This document shows positions 9,677-19,142 of a DNA stretch of 64,000 nucleotides, in pieces. The stretch is taken from the sequence record ON287370.1, one strand, 5' to 3'. A program made the position numbers and the translations under genes. Within the stretch, counting starts at the first letter, position 1; every line of letters starts with the position of its first letter. The notes under the pieces were generated by a model. That model ran no database searches. It was not told the origin of the DNA and was given only the letters and a program-made list of their open reading frames with translations.

Positions 9677-10015
9677 TTATCCTTCGTTTACGTATTCACG
9701 ATATTTGATTTTAAAGGTACCGTAATGAATCAAGCAATGAGGGTGAATATTGATTTCATACCCACCTGTAATCTCTTTGATTGATTCAATATCGGTTGAA
9801 TAAAGAGTAACACCCAAAGGACGTACTAGTCTCACAACATCGGAAGGTCTCAAAGTTTTGAGATCTGTCTTGATGGAATGCTTATTGATAAATGAGAGAT
9901 CTTGTTTCTCATATTCAACATGTCGTGAATCCATTAACAACAAAAGTTTAGTTTCATTATTAATGAGTACGTCCAAACGTTGTTCGTTCGGGTATTGTCT
10001 AAGGAGTCTGTCCAT
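9677..10015 (-). CDS. Small hypothetical protein
   Basis: 112 aa ORF overlapping the upstream gene end, in-operon. Confidence 0.55.
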   Translation of the reverse strand: MDRLLRQYPNEQRLDVLINNETKLLLLMDSRHVEYEKQDLSFINKHSIKTDLKTLRPSDVVRLVRPLGVTLYSTDIESIKEITGGYEINIHPHCLIHYGTFKIKYREYVNEG

Positions 10016-12128
10016 TAGTTTTATCTTCTCTCAATGTCATAGCAGAATTAATCTGATTGACGGATACCTGAGGAAGCGTCTCGATACGATACAGAACCAT
10101 AGGAAGATCTATTTTACCGCAACCGATAGACTCAGCGTGAACTGTACCCCAATCATCTCCTGGGAGTTCACCTGTAAGTTCTTTAGCTGTTAATGATGCT
10201 TCTGGAACACCGTGGTTGTGCACAGGGATAAAGACCAAGTCATTATCATGTTCCAAAGAAGTTTCGCCATCAGGTAACCAATAGTCACCGTCAAGCAACA
10301 TCATATATGGTAAGTTAAATTGACCATCTAATGTTTCTGTTGATCCGATATACTGAACGGTGTAACTTGTTAAGTCCTTCATCAAGTTAATCAGCATACG
10401 CTGCTGTTCACCGATAGATTGTATATCGTTATATTCCCATCCAGTAGCTTTGCTCCAGATAGACCATGCCAAGTCCAAACACTCATCCTGATTATAGTCT
10501 AAGAAGTCTAAATCAAGCTTGGTGAGGAATTCGTCATAAGTCTTGTAATTACCTATCTTAGCTAAACCATCAGCATAGCAGGCCGATACGGCGTTCTCAC
10601 GACGGGTTGCAGAGAATAGGTTAAGTATTCTGGAGTAGAGCTTCTTATGTGCCCACATTCCATCTTGCACTTCTTTACATTTGTTAAAGAAAGCATCAGG
10701 GGTGATCAACACAGGGAAGTCGACATGAACTTTCAGAATGTCTTTACAAACAGTTTCTGTCAGTATGTCTTTATGACCGAGTAAACTTAGCTCTTGCCAA
10801 GTCGGATCTTTGATCTTTCTGACATGCCAATATTCGTACTCTGGGATCTTACCAGGTTTGTTGATACCGCGTGCTCTGTCAATCAAATAGTGCCAGAGGA
10901 TCACAGCATCAGGCATCGCTAAACGGAAGCGTTTACCAGTACGTATATCAGTTACGTCGATATTGATGTTGTAGAGTTTATTGAAGGTCAGGTAGATCCA
11001 TTCATTGTGTAAAACTCTCATCAAGCGATCAGGGTTACGACCTGTGGTATCTGTCATGTTGGATTCAAGTACCTTAGAAGGCACTTCACCGAATAGACCA
11101 TACCGAATTAAGTAATCAGTCTGAGATTCACCTTCTGGGTAGTTATCCTCGTTATCGAGTGCCAGTGGGTTTTCTTTCTTGAGTACATCCGGTACCGTAA
11201 ATAGCCTATTATCCATACCGAAGTCTTTTATCAAGTTAATAGGACGTCTGAGCATCATTGGTTGAGGCTCAAATGTCTCTTCCATACCTTGAGTGGTTTG
11301 GATAGTTTCATAACGTGATAAAGGTATACGGCGATGTGTAAGGACTATTTCCAATACATCATCAAAGGTTGCTCTACGTCCAAGCTTACGAAGAACATAA
11401 TCGATATTGCGGAATAACCACATTGTCTGTTTATGATCTAAGAACTTTTTATAGACGCTTGAAATACCTACAGAGTTTAATTTACTCCAGATATAAAAGT
11501 CATGAGCATAGCGACTGTAAGCTGCTTCTTTCCTTAACATTAAAATGTTGGAAACTAATGAAGCATGTAAAGTCATAAGCAATGCAGGAAGCATCAAGTT
11601 ATCGGTAAGAAGATATTCTGTTTGGAATGATCCAAGTACCATTGCATCGATATGTTTCTGCAAAGCGGGCATTAATTGGTATTCGTTCCACTGAACATAA
11701 TCAGTATTATAACGTAGGATTTGGTAATCCTTTGCTGGTACAGATTCGGACTGCGGTATCGGGTTTATTACACCATTAATAAGATTTGACTGGGACGGAT
11801 ATTTTTCGACTAGTCTGGTGTAGTAATAAGAACCCAGACGATAAGCTCGTTTAGTTGCCAAGTGCAGATCTAAATTGGCTTTAGTAAACTCTATCGTATC
11901 GCCGTTGTCCAAAGACTGTACGTACATCATTTTATCTGTTACGTGATATTCGCCGTTCAGGTTCATGTAGTACCGCCACTTAGCTGGGTCAGTACCTGGG
12001 TTTAACCCATAGTGTTGCTCCATCAACCTGTTATCAAGAAGGGCAATATCATTACATTTTATAACGATAGTTCTTGCGAAAGCAATCGTATTTTTAATGT
12101 AAGCTTTAAACTCGATATTGTTAAGCAT
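9999..12128 (-). CDS. Large virion structural protein (phiKZ gp128-like); start re-assigned to 12128
   Basis: ATG 12128 (MLNNIEF) has an AAGGGA SD; the track's upstream extension overlaps the divergent portal gene. About 709 aa, divergent from the portal as in phiKZ-like genomes. Confidence 0.65.
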   Translation of the reverse strand: MLNNIEFKAYIKNTIAFARTIVIKCNDIALLDNRLMEQHYGLNPGTDPAKWRYYMNLNGEYHVTDKMMYVQSLDNGDTIEFTKANLDLHLATKRAYRLGSYYYTRLVEKYPSQSNLINGVINPIPQSESVPAKDYQILRYNTDYVQWNEYQLMPALQKHIDAMVLGSFQTEYLLTDNLMLPALLMTLHASLVSNILMLRKEAAYSRYAHDFYIWSKLNSVGISSVYKKFLDHKQTMWLFRNIDYVLRKLGRRATFDDVLEIVLTHRRIPLSRYETIQTTQGMEETFEPQPMMLRRPINLIKDFGMDNRLFTVPDVLKKENPLALDNEDNYPEGESQTDYLIRYGLFGEVPSKVLESNMTDTTGRNPDRLMRVLHNEWIYLTFNKLYNINIDVTDIRTGKRFRLAMPDAVILWHYLIDRARGINKPGKIPEYEYWHVRKIKDPTWQELSLLGHKDILTETVCKDILKVHVDFPVLITPDAFFNKCKEVQDGMWAHKKLYSRILNLFSATRRENAVSACYADGLAKIGNYKTYDEFLTKLDLDFLDYNQDECLDLAWSIWSKATGWEYNDIQSIGEQQRMLINLMKDLTSYTVQYIGSTETLDGQFNLPYMMLLDGDYWLPDGETSLEHDNDLVFIPVHNHGVPEASLTAKELTGELPGDDWGTVHAESIGCGKIDLPMVLYRIETLPQVSVNQINSAMTLREDKTNGQTP

Positions 12129-12156
12129 AAAGATCCCTTGGAGGAGAATCCCGTCA

Positions 12157-15042
12157 ATGACTAGTAGATTACCCAAAGGGGTAAAACCGATCGACAGGAC
12201 TAAAGTAAGAGGTAGATTGAAAAATCCATCTCCTTTAGACAAAAGCATGCGTTCGTTGCTAGTAAAAGATAGCACCATTCGTAATGATAAAGATAGAGAG
12301 AATATGTCTAAGCCACCAGTGGCTAAAGTTAAAAGTCTCTCTGACATCATCAGTAATAATATCCAGGCTAATAACGACCTGCGTACTATTACTCACTTTA
12401 TCAAACGCGCTGAACAGATCTGGACTACCCTTCTGCTGAAGCCCAATGGCGATCAGCGAAATCTTCTCATCTATGATACAGAAAGTTCTGATATCAAAAA
12501 CAGTAAGCTTCATGAGCTTTTGATCCAAAAAGTAGAAAACTACTTTACGACAAAATACCCTTTTGAAGAGTTAGCGCCTCAAATTATTAAAGATGTTCTT
12601 TTCCGTACAGGTTCATACGTCCATTTAAGCTTATCTCATGCGGCTTTGGACCATTTGATCAACGGTATGGAAGTTGAGGTTTCCGGTAATGAATCCTTAG
12701 TCCGTAGTACTACCGCTAAAGTACTTACTGAACAGTTTGTTAATGGTAACTGGAATACCGCTAAGAACGTTGGCTATATTCGTAAGGAAAGGAAAAGCAC
12801 AGCCGGTAGCTTTGTTGGTTTCGAAGCACTGTATGGCGATGTAGGGGAACGTGATCCAGAATACCATTTGGTTCACCCTGATCTTAAATTTACCTTTACG
12901 GATAACCCCGTTGTTCTCAAGGTAGGTGAACTGGCTTCTAGACTTCGTGAAGAACGTCTTAAGAAGATCGGTGGTATGGAAGGTATTGATGACGCTATCA
13001 ATAACCGTTGGGTTAAAGAGAAAGGTAAACGTCACAAAACCAACAATAACCATGTCAATGCCATTTCCAGAAAAACTCTGGAAGATGAACTGGATACTTT
13101 ATATCCTGATCGTCATTATGATAAGAATGAAACCTTATCTGTACGTAAGGGTAAATACTACACTGGTGATGGGCGTGGTATTGGTATTGATTACCACTGG
13201 CCTTCTGAAGCTGACATCCCTGTTAACATTAATGGTGAAATCGGTAAACCATTTGGTCACATTCTTTTGCTTGATCCAGAAACTGGTGAACCACTTAAAT
13301 CCACGACTGATGTTAAATACTATCAGAAGACTAAAGGTGCTCAAGAGAACACTGATGGTCCGAAGATGGGTTCTATTAATGATATCGTACAGCATATCCG
13401 AAATGTAGCTCAAGGTTCTGAGTGTAATGAAGATATGGAGTGGATGGTTAACTTTGCTTCCGCTACTCTTGAGAAAGAACTGATTGAAGGTTTCTTGAAT
13501 GGTGATCTTCATAAAGATGTTACCATTTCTCTGACTGAAGAGAACAAGAAACTGTTCTGGTCTCGTGCTATGCGTGATCAAGGTGTACGTGCTGTATTCG
13601 TACCTTCTGATTATGTTACTTATGTAGCTATCGACTTTAACCGTTTAGGTACTGGTCGTTCTCTGGTTGATGAAGCTAAACTTCACATCACTCGTTTAGC
13701 AGTTCTTGATACTGCTGATGCTCTTGCACAGGTAGAGAACTCTATCTCTCATACTCTTCTGGAGATTACTCCTGAGCGTGAAGATATCGATGTTCGAAAC
13801 ACTATTGCTATGGCACGTGATGAGTGGTTTGCTAACAACCCTACATTGCACGACATCATTGGTTATAACAACGTATCCATTGATGCTGTTCTTGACCGCT
13901 TTAAAGAACAAACCCTGACTATCAAAGTCAATCCAGGTGATAACCCTTATGTGGCAGCTCCAGAATTCCAAGCTGGTCAGATGCAACGTGAACCACTTAA
14001 ATCGATTGACCGTGATACTCGTGATAACTTATTAAATACCATTGCAGGTTACTTTGGTCTGAAACGTAGTTGGCTGGAAGATACTGGTGAAGGTAATGAC
14101 TTCGCAATTGAGGCACTTGCTGACCAGGAATTACTCCGTAACCAAACTAACGATTACTCTCGTACCTTCTCTCGTTACTTCACTGACATTATGCGTAAAC
14201 ACATGCGTGTCAATGAACCTCTTATTGGTGAGTTAGTAGACATCATCAAAGAGAACAAGAAACTGTACATGAAACCTGACCAAGGTGCGTTGGACATCAC
14301 TGACGAAGTTAAAGAGAAAGTTAACGAAGATGGTGATGATGAAATCTCAGCAGAAGAAATGGATATCATTCGTGTTGTTCTGAAAGACTTCATGAATACT
14401 TTCTATGTTGTACTTCCTACTCCAGCGATTACCGATTCACTTAACAAACTTGAAGACAAGATTGAAGCTGTTGAGAAACTGGCTACAACTTGGGTTGAGT
14501 TGGGTGGTGGTGTTAAGATGCTTCGTAAACGTGCTGAAGAAGTTGGTCTGGATGGTGAAGCTATCATCGAGTCAATTAAAGCTGTACTGTTGAATGAAGC
14601 GTTTACTCGTTTCAACCTTCCAATGCCATTTGAAGATATCTTGAGCAATGGTCAGGCAGGCGGTATTCTGAATATCATTAACAAGGCTTCTGACCTTGAT
14701 GCCAACGTTGTTAAGTTCTTGGCTGATTACCATAAGTCTGGTAAGAAGACTGAGAAGAAAGTAGATAAACTCAAAGAAAACATTGAGAAGGAAGAACAGG
14801 ATAAGTTCAATGAAGGGGCAGATGAAACTATCCCAGGTCAAGAAGAACCTATCCTCTCTGAAAATCCAAATGAAGTAAGTTTGGAAGAGAATCAAGAACA
14901 AGTTTCAGATGAGCAAACTGGTGCCGAAACTCCTTTAGAGCAAAAGGAAGAAGGTCAGGCTGAACTCGATGATGCTGAAGCTACAGATTTAGAACCAGGT
15001 TCTGAACTTAAAGGAACTGGTGATGATATCTGGGACGTGTAA
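12157..15042 (+). CDS. Portal protein (phiKZ gp129 / SPN3US gp81-like)
   Basis: ATG 12157 has a GGAGGAG SD. About 961 aa, helical, with a very acidic C-terminal tail; size and synteny near the nvRNAP subunit and capsid genes fit the Chimalliviridae portal. Confidence 0.7.
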   Translation: MTSRLPKGVKPIDRTKVRGRLKNPSPLDKSMRSLLVKDSTIRNDKDRENMSKPPVAKVKSLSDIISNNIQANNDLRTITHFIKRAEQIWTTLLLKPNGDQRNLLIYDTESSDIKNSKLHELLIQKVENYFTTKYPFEELAPQIIKDVLFRTGSYVHLSLSHAALDHLINGMEVEVSGNESLVRSTTAKVLTEQFVNGNWNTAKNVGYIRKERKSTAGSFVGFEALYGDVGERDPEYHLVHPDLKFTFTDNPVVLKVGELASRLREERLKKIGGMEGIDDAINNRWVKEKGKRHKTNNNHVNAISRKTLEDELDTLYPDRHYDKNETLSVRKGKYYTGDGRGIGIDYHWPSEADIPVNINGEIGKPFGHILLLDPETGEPLKSTTDVKYYQKTKGAQENTDGPKMGSINDIVQHIRNVAQGSECNEDMEWMVNFASATLEKELIEGFLNGDLHKDVTISLTEENKKLFWSRAMRDQGVRAVFVPSDYVTYVAIDFNRLGTGRSLVDEAKLHITRLAVLDTADALAQVENSISHTLLEITPEREDIDVRNTIAMARDEWFANNPTLHDIIGYNNVSIDAVLDRFKEQTLTIKVNPGDNPYVAAPEFQAGQMQREPLKSIDRDTRDNLLNTIAGYFGLKRSWLEDTGEGNDFAIEALADQELLRNQTNDYSRTFSRYFTDIMRKHMRVNEPLIGELVDIIKENKKLYMKPDQGALDITDEVKEKVNEDGDDEISAEEMDIIRVVLKDFMNTFYVVLPTPAITDSLNKLEDKIEAVEKLATTWVELGGGVKMLRKRAEEVGLDGEAIIESIKAVLLNEAFTRFNLPMPFEDILSNGQAGGILNIINKASDLDANVVKFLADYHKSGKKTEKKVDKLKENIEKEEQDKFNEGADETIPGQEEPILSENPNEVSLEENQEQVSDEQTGAETPLEQKEEGQAELDDAEATDLEPGSELKGTGDDIWDV

Positions 15043-15066
15043 AAAAAAATAAGTAACTAAGTTAAT

Positions 15067-15096
15067 CCTCCTACTCACCAATCGGTGAGTAGGAGG
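15067..15096. terminator. Bidirectional terminator, conserved hairpin family
   Basis: CCTCCTACTCACC-AATC-GGTGAGTAGGAGG is a perfect 13-bp stem with an A9 tract upstream (U-tract for the minus strand), between convergent genes. Confidence 0.85.
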
Positions 15097-15103
15097 TTAG
15101 CTA

Positions 15104-15802
15104 TTACAGTTCGCTGATTGCAGCTTCTTCTTTGTTGAACATTTCAGTTACTGAATCAGTAACTTTACCGGCTGCGCCATTCAGCATTTCAACCAGGCTG
15201 TCACCGAAGATTGCATCAGTTACGCTCAGACCATTAGCAATAATTGCTGTAGCCATCAGACCATAGCTATCATCAGTTGCTGTTTTAGTTACCAGCTTCT
15301 GAGTAGCCAGGCTCAGGCCAGCTGCAGTTGCAGCAACCGCGATGGTACGACCTGCGATTTCCAGAGCGCTGTGTTTATTTTCTTCTTCAGTTTCCTGAGT
15401 GTTTTCAATGAGCAGGCGGCTGCCCACACTTACTGCACCGATAACACCGGAAGCAACAACTGCATTCCAGTTAACTGAACGCGCTTTAACAGCAGTTGCG
15501 ATTTCTGCAGCTTCTTTCAGTTTGTCTTGGGTTTCAACGGTCATTGCTTTCTCTTCCATGGTTTGTTCTTCGGTTGGGTTAATTACTTTTTCCACGTTAG
15601 TGCGGATTACTTCTTCTACTACCGCTACTTGCTCAGGAGCAACTGCAGCGCCAGCATTGATTTCCATTTCGATAGCTTGAGTGTTTACGTTTTCCATTTT
15701 GATTTCCTTACTAGAGTTTAATTGATTAGTTTGTTTAGATTCTACAGTCTCGGCAATTACCGGTTTACAGTTAGAACCTAAGTACTTGATATTACGAGAC
15801 AT
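15104..15802 (-). CDS. Early hypothetical protein with Ala/Gly-rich hydrophobic helices; possible second start at 15697
   Basis: ATG 15802 has a GGAG SD and the in-frame ATG 15697 has a TAAGGA SD. The C-terminal half has three A/G-rich hydrophobic segments. Confidence 0.65.
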   Translation of the reverse strand: MSRNIKYLGSNCKPVIAETVESKQTNQLNSSKEIKMENVNTQAIEMEINAGAAVAPEQVAVVEEVIRTNVEKVINPTEEQTMEEKAMTVETQDKLKEAAEIATAVKARSVNWNAVVASGVIGAVSVGSRLLIENTQETEEENKHSALEIAGRTIAVAATAAGLSLATQKLVTKTATDDSYGLMATAIIANGLSVTDAIFGDSLVEMLNGAAGKVTDSVTEMFNKEEAAISEL

Positions 15803-15833
15803 ATAGATCTCCATGTATAAATATTTATTGTCT

Positions 15834-15862
15834 TATACACTTAAATGATATAGACCTAAAAT
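15834..15862 (-). promoter_or_regulatory. Putative early (virion RNAP) promoter
   Basis: Minus strand TTTTAGGTCTATATCATTTAAGTGTA matches a motif found at five other intergenic sites and resembles the phiKZ early TATATTAC-type element. Confidence 0.65.
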
Positions 15863-15891
15863 TTCTTTCAACTGAAATCTGAGACTATAAT

Positions 15892-16074
15892 TTATTCAAA
15901 GTCTTCGGGAACACTTTGATAATCTTCAAAATGTTCATCCATCAACTCTTCAAGTTCACTTCTGTTTTCTTCACCAGAGATACTAATGATCTCTTCCATT
16001 TTAGATTGAATCTCAGCATAGCTTGAATCAGGGTTAGCTGCTAAGAAATCTTCAAACTCTTCTACACCATTCAT
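15892..16074 (-). CDS. Small, very acidic protein (60 aa)
   Basis: Strong SD (TAAGGGG); 20 of 60 residues are D/E, with only one K and one R. Confidence 0.7.
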   Translation of the reverse strand: MNGVEEFEDFLAANPDSSYAEIQSKMEEIISISGEENRSELEELMDEHFEDYQSVPEDFE

Positions 16075-16086
16075 TTCAAATTCCCC

Positions 16087-16515
16087 TTAACGATATTCTA
16101 CCATTTGACGTTCACGGTTACCGATGCTGTGCCGAATCAGACGACGCAGGTCTTGGGCACCGAAGTTACGCAGTTGTAATTCTTTCCCACCTTTCATACT
16201 CATTAGGTTAGGAGATTTAATACGCCATTGAGCGAAGCGGAATACTTCTGGTTTCTCAGGCTCAACAAACATAAAGCGAACTTTACCTGCAACTTTATTA
16301 CAGCCACGCATTTTAATCTCGTGACGTTCACGGAGTCCATTCACAATGAGAATGAATTCTTCACCTTCCTGAACATCATCCAAACCACCATGCATCAGGT
16401 TATCTGGAAGTGGGACAGGTTTGTTCAAATTGCTTGCCAGTTCCAGTCTATCAATCAGGTTCATTTCTTCTTTAGTTACGGAAGGAACGAAGATGGAAGT
16501 GGTAAAGGTTTTCAT
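16087..16515 (-). CDS. Hypothetical protein
   Basis: 142 aa ORF, SD AGGA, codon usage like its neighbours. Confidence 0.65.
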   Translation of the reverse strand: MKTFTTSIFVPSVTKEEMNLIDRLELASNLNKPVPLPDNLMHGGLDDVQEGEEFILIVNGLRERHEIKMRGCNKVAGKVRFMFVEPEKPEVFRFAQWRIKSPNLMSMKGGKELQLRNFGAQDLRRLIRHSIGNRERQMVEYR

Positions 16516-16728
16516 TGCTATTTCCTATATATGTTTAACGGTTATGTAAGAGCTTCTGAGAAGCTTTATCTATAAAAGCTAATACTTATCAGTCTTTATA
16601 ACTAAAGTCTCTATAGGTCGATACAGACAGCAGAATGGAGAACCGAGCCTCCGCCCAGTTCTCCAGTCAATAGCTATTTTAATTCATGAATTAACTTAGT
16701 TAATTTTTCTATCGTTTCCTTTACTCAT

Positions 16729-19134
16729 TTAGTCCATGATCGGATATGGGTGGCAATATGCTTGAGTTGAATCAATCGGTCGCAATGTCACAACAGACTC
16801 AGGATCGAATCCACTTGGAGTTACAGTGAAGACTTTGTTGCCGGAATCGGTTTCGAAACGAACCAACACTTGCGGAGTATCAGTGAAATGCTTCGCGGTG
16901 ATTTTGGTTGCTTCTCGGATCATTGCAAAGAGTTCAGGGTTAACTGATTCTTTAATTGTGATTGCTTCTACGGTATGTGGAGCTGGTTGTTTACGGATGT
17001 TGAAGAATACGGTATTGCGTTTAATGATTACAGCTTTCTCTGCAGACTTCATCATTGCAGCTACAAAGATTTCATCATCGTCTTTACCATACTTCTCAGT
17101 ATACACATCTTTCACTTGCTCAGCACTACACAGTACTTCAATACCCATGCGCATGAAAGTATTGAAACGATAATCAGCAAATGCACGCAGAGTTGGGAGA
17201 TCACTTTCTTTCAGGCAAGCTACCCAATCTTCCAGATCTTCAAAGATGTCAGAAGACTTCAGATAAGAGATATTGCCAGAATCGATGGATTCCTGTTTGG
17301 TCTCTGCATAACCACGAACTTCGATCAGATAACGGTTAACCAGATTAGTTACATATGGTTTAACGAAATCTTTGAACTCTTGATCTTCACATTCGTTATA
17401 TGCACCACGGATCATTCGCAGTACTTGCAGGGTGTCGTCCATACCTGCAGTGTTGCCTTGTACCATTACACGGAACTGAGAATAGAAACGTTCCATGTTT
17501 ACTTCTGGAGCCATCTGCCATTCGCGAGTAATCACCATTGGCATTACAAATGCATCCAGTTTCTTTTTCGGATCATAAGTTTGAGTGAATACGTCCATGC
17601 GATTCAGGATGTGTTCATTACCCTGGTTAGCCTTCATCGGTTTGTTACCGATCAGGATATCAGGTTCTTTCTCCAGCTCTTTCATTTCACCTACTGGGAT
17701 AACATGTCCTTCATTAGTGAACTTGTTAGTTTCCAGGATGGTTGGATCGAAAGTAGTTTTCTGAACACCATCTTCTTCATACATGTACGGTAACAGTTTA
17801 TCAGGATTACTGATCAAAGTTCCCATGATATCAAATGCCTGTAATTTATGTTTAACAAGACGGAAGTTGAATGTACCGTTTTGCCAGTCGAAACGATAGA
17901 CAGGAATTGCACCTACACAACGTGTATCACGAACGCGGAATGGAATGCCATCGTCCATATCCATAACACGAGCAAAGTGCACCACATCCTTCTCACGAAT
18001 TACCCACCACTCTGTACCAGGAATCTGAGAACCCCATTTGTCAATGGAATAACGCAGACGGTTTTCACGAGTCATGTCTTCCAGTTTCAGATCAGGTTGA
18101 TCATAACCACCATAGGTCGTTTGCAGAATACGATCTTCCTGCTGAACCGGGGCCGGCTGTGGAGTATAACCTGCTGCTTTCTGACGGACATATTCCTGGA
18201 GTTCACGAAGACCGGCATCGTTAGTCTGACCTGTCAAACCAGCCATGTTTGGATTATAGTTAGGATCGTAATACGTCCCAGCAAAACCCATGTCCATGAT
18301 GTTACTGCTATCCAGAAGTGGGTTAGCCTGAGTTGTACGCTGTTGCATTTCACTCAAGCGACCTTTACGCCATGGACACTGAACATTCACAAAAGTAAAC
18401 TTACTCAGAACCATGTCATACAGTTTAGGTTCCAGATCATTGAGCGTCTCCTTAACTACTGGGGATGCATTATAATAAATCTGACTACCATCTGGATGCT
18501 GAGCCAGATAATCGAAATACTGCATGTAAATACCATCTACAGTACAACGATAATACATGTCATCAACAACACTTCGATCAGACCGCACGCGATCATCACC
18601 ACGCATAATTGCGTTAGCGAATTCTGCAGTAAACATGATGGAGACGTTTGCCAGAATGAACTGATACAGAATCTGGTTACTATCGATCTCATCAATGAAT
18701 GCACTCAGAGTTTGATCTGGTGGCATATTCTTACGAGGGGATTTGAAACGCTCCTTAGCTGCGCAGTGTACACGATAGAATGGGTTCTGAACGATACGAC
18801 GTGCACAAATGTTAAAGATGTTTGTAGCCAGGTTCCCAGCATCTGCCAATGCTTGGGCTTTCATTTGTTCTTCAGCCGCATTATCTTCCAGACACAGTAA
18901 ATGTGCATAGTTGTTGCGAGATGTTGCGGTGGAATACAAACTGGTTTGGCTGTTTGGATTATTAACTTGACCTGCGATCTTTGCAGAGAACCCCGCCAAC
19001 TGAGCCAGAGGGTTATTGTTCTGCTGCATTTGCTGGGCCTGAGGTTGACCACCCAGGTTGCCATTCTGTTGGTTACCCATCAGAGTTTGTTGCTGGTTGG
19101 TACGACCGGTCAGTACTTGTGCGCCATTGTTCAT
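16729..19134 (-). CDS. Conserved hypothetical protein downstream of the nvRNAP beta subunit; Q/N-rich N-terminus
   Basis: 801 aa ORF co-transcribed with the RNAP gene; no catalytic motif recognised. Confidence 0.7.
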   Translation of the reverse strand: MNNGAQVLTGRTNQQQTLMGNQQNGNLGGQPQAQQMQQNNNPLAQLAGFSAKIAGQVNNPNSQTSLYSTATSRNNYAHLLCLEDNAAEEQMKAQALADAGNLATNIFNICARRIVQNPFYRVHCAAKERFKSPRKNMPPDQTLSAFIDEIDSNQILYQFILANVSIMFTAEFANAIMRGDDRVRSDRSVVDDMYYRCTVDGIYMQYFDYLAQHPDGSQIYYNASPVVKETLNDLEPKLYDMVLSKFTFVNVQCPWRKGRLSEMQQRTTQANPLLDSSNIMDMGFAGTYYDPNYNPNMAGLTGQTNDAGLRELQEYVRQKAAGYTPQPAPVQQEDRILQTTYGGYDQPDLKLEDMTRENRLRYSIDKWGSQIPGTEWWVIREKDVVHFARVMDMDDGIPFRVRDTRCVGAIPVYRFDWQNGTFNFRLVKHKLQAFDIMGTLISNPDKLLPYMYEEDGVQKTTFDPTILETNKFTNEGHVIPVGEMKELEKEPDILIGNKPMKANQGNEHILNRMDVFTQTYDPKKKLDAFVMPMVITREWQMAPEVNMERFYSQFRVMVQGNTAGMDDTLQVLRMIRGAYNECEDQEFKDFVKPYVTNLVNRYLIEVRGYAETKQESIDSGNISYLKSSDIFEDLEDWVACLKESDLPTLRAFADYRFNTFMRMGIEVLCSAEQVKDVYTEKYGKDDDEIFVAAMMKSAEKAVIIKRNTVFFNIRKQPAPHTVEAITIKESVNPELFAMIREATKITAKHFTDTPQVLVRFETDSGNKVFTVTPSGFDPESVVTLRPIDSTQAYCHPYPIMD

Positions 19135-19142
19135 ATTAATAC

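Noticed and set aside
12129-12350. Long head-to-head coding overlap between the portal and the 783-aa ORF (likewise 55934-56080 and 61138-61266)
   Set aside because: These are artefacts of longest-ORF start calling. SD-supported downstream starts remove the overlaps.
16975-18900. 272-aa and 350-aa antisense ORFs over the 801-aa gene
   Set aside because: Antisense shadows of a biased gene, with no independent expression signals.
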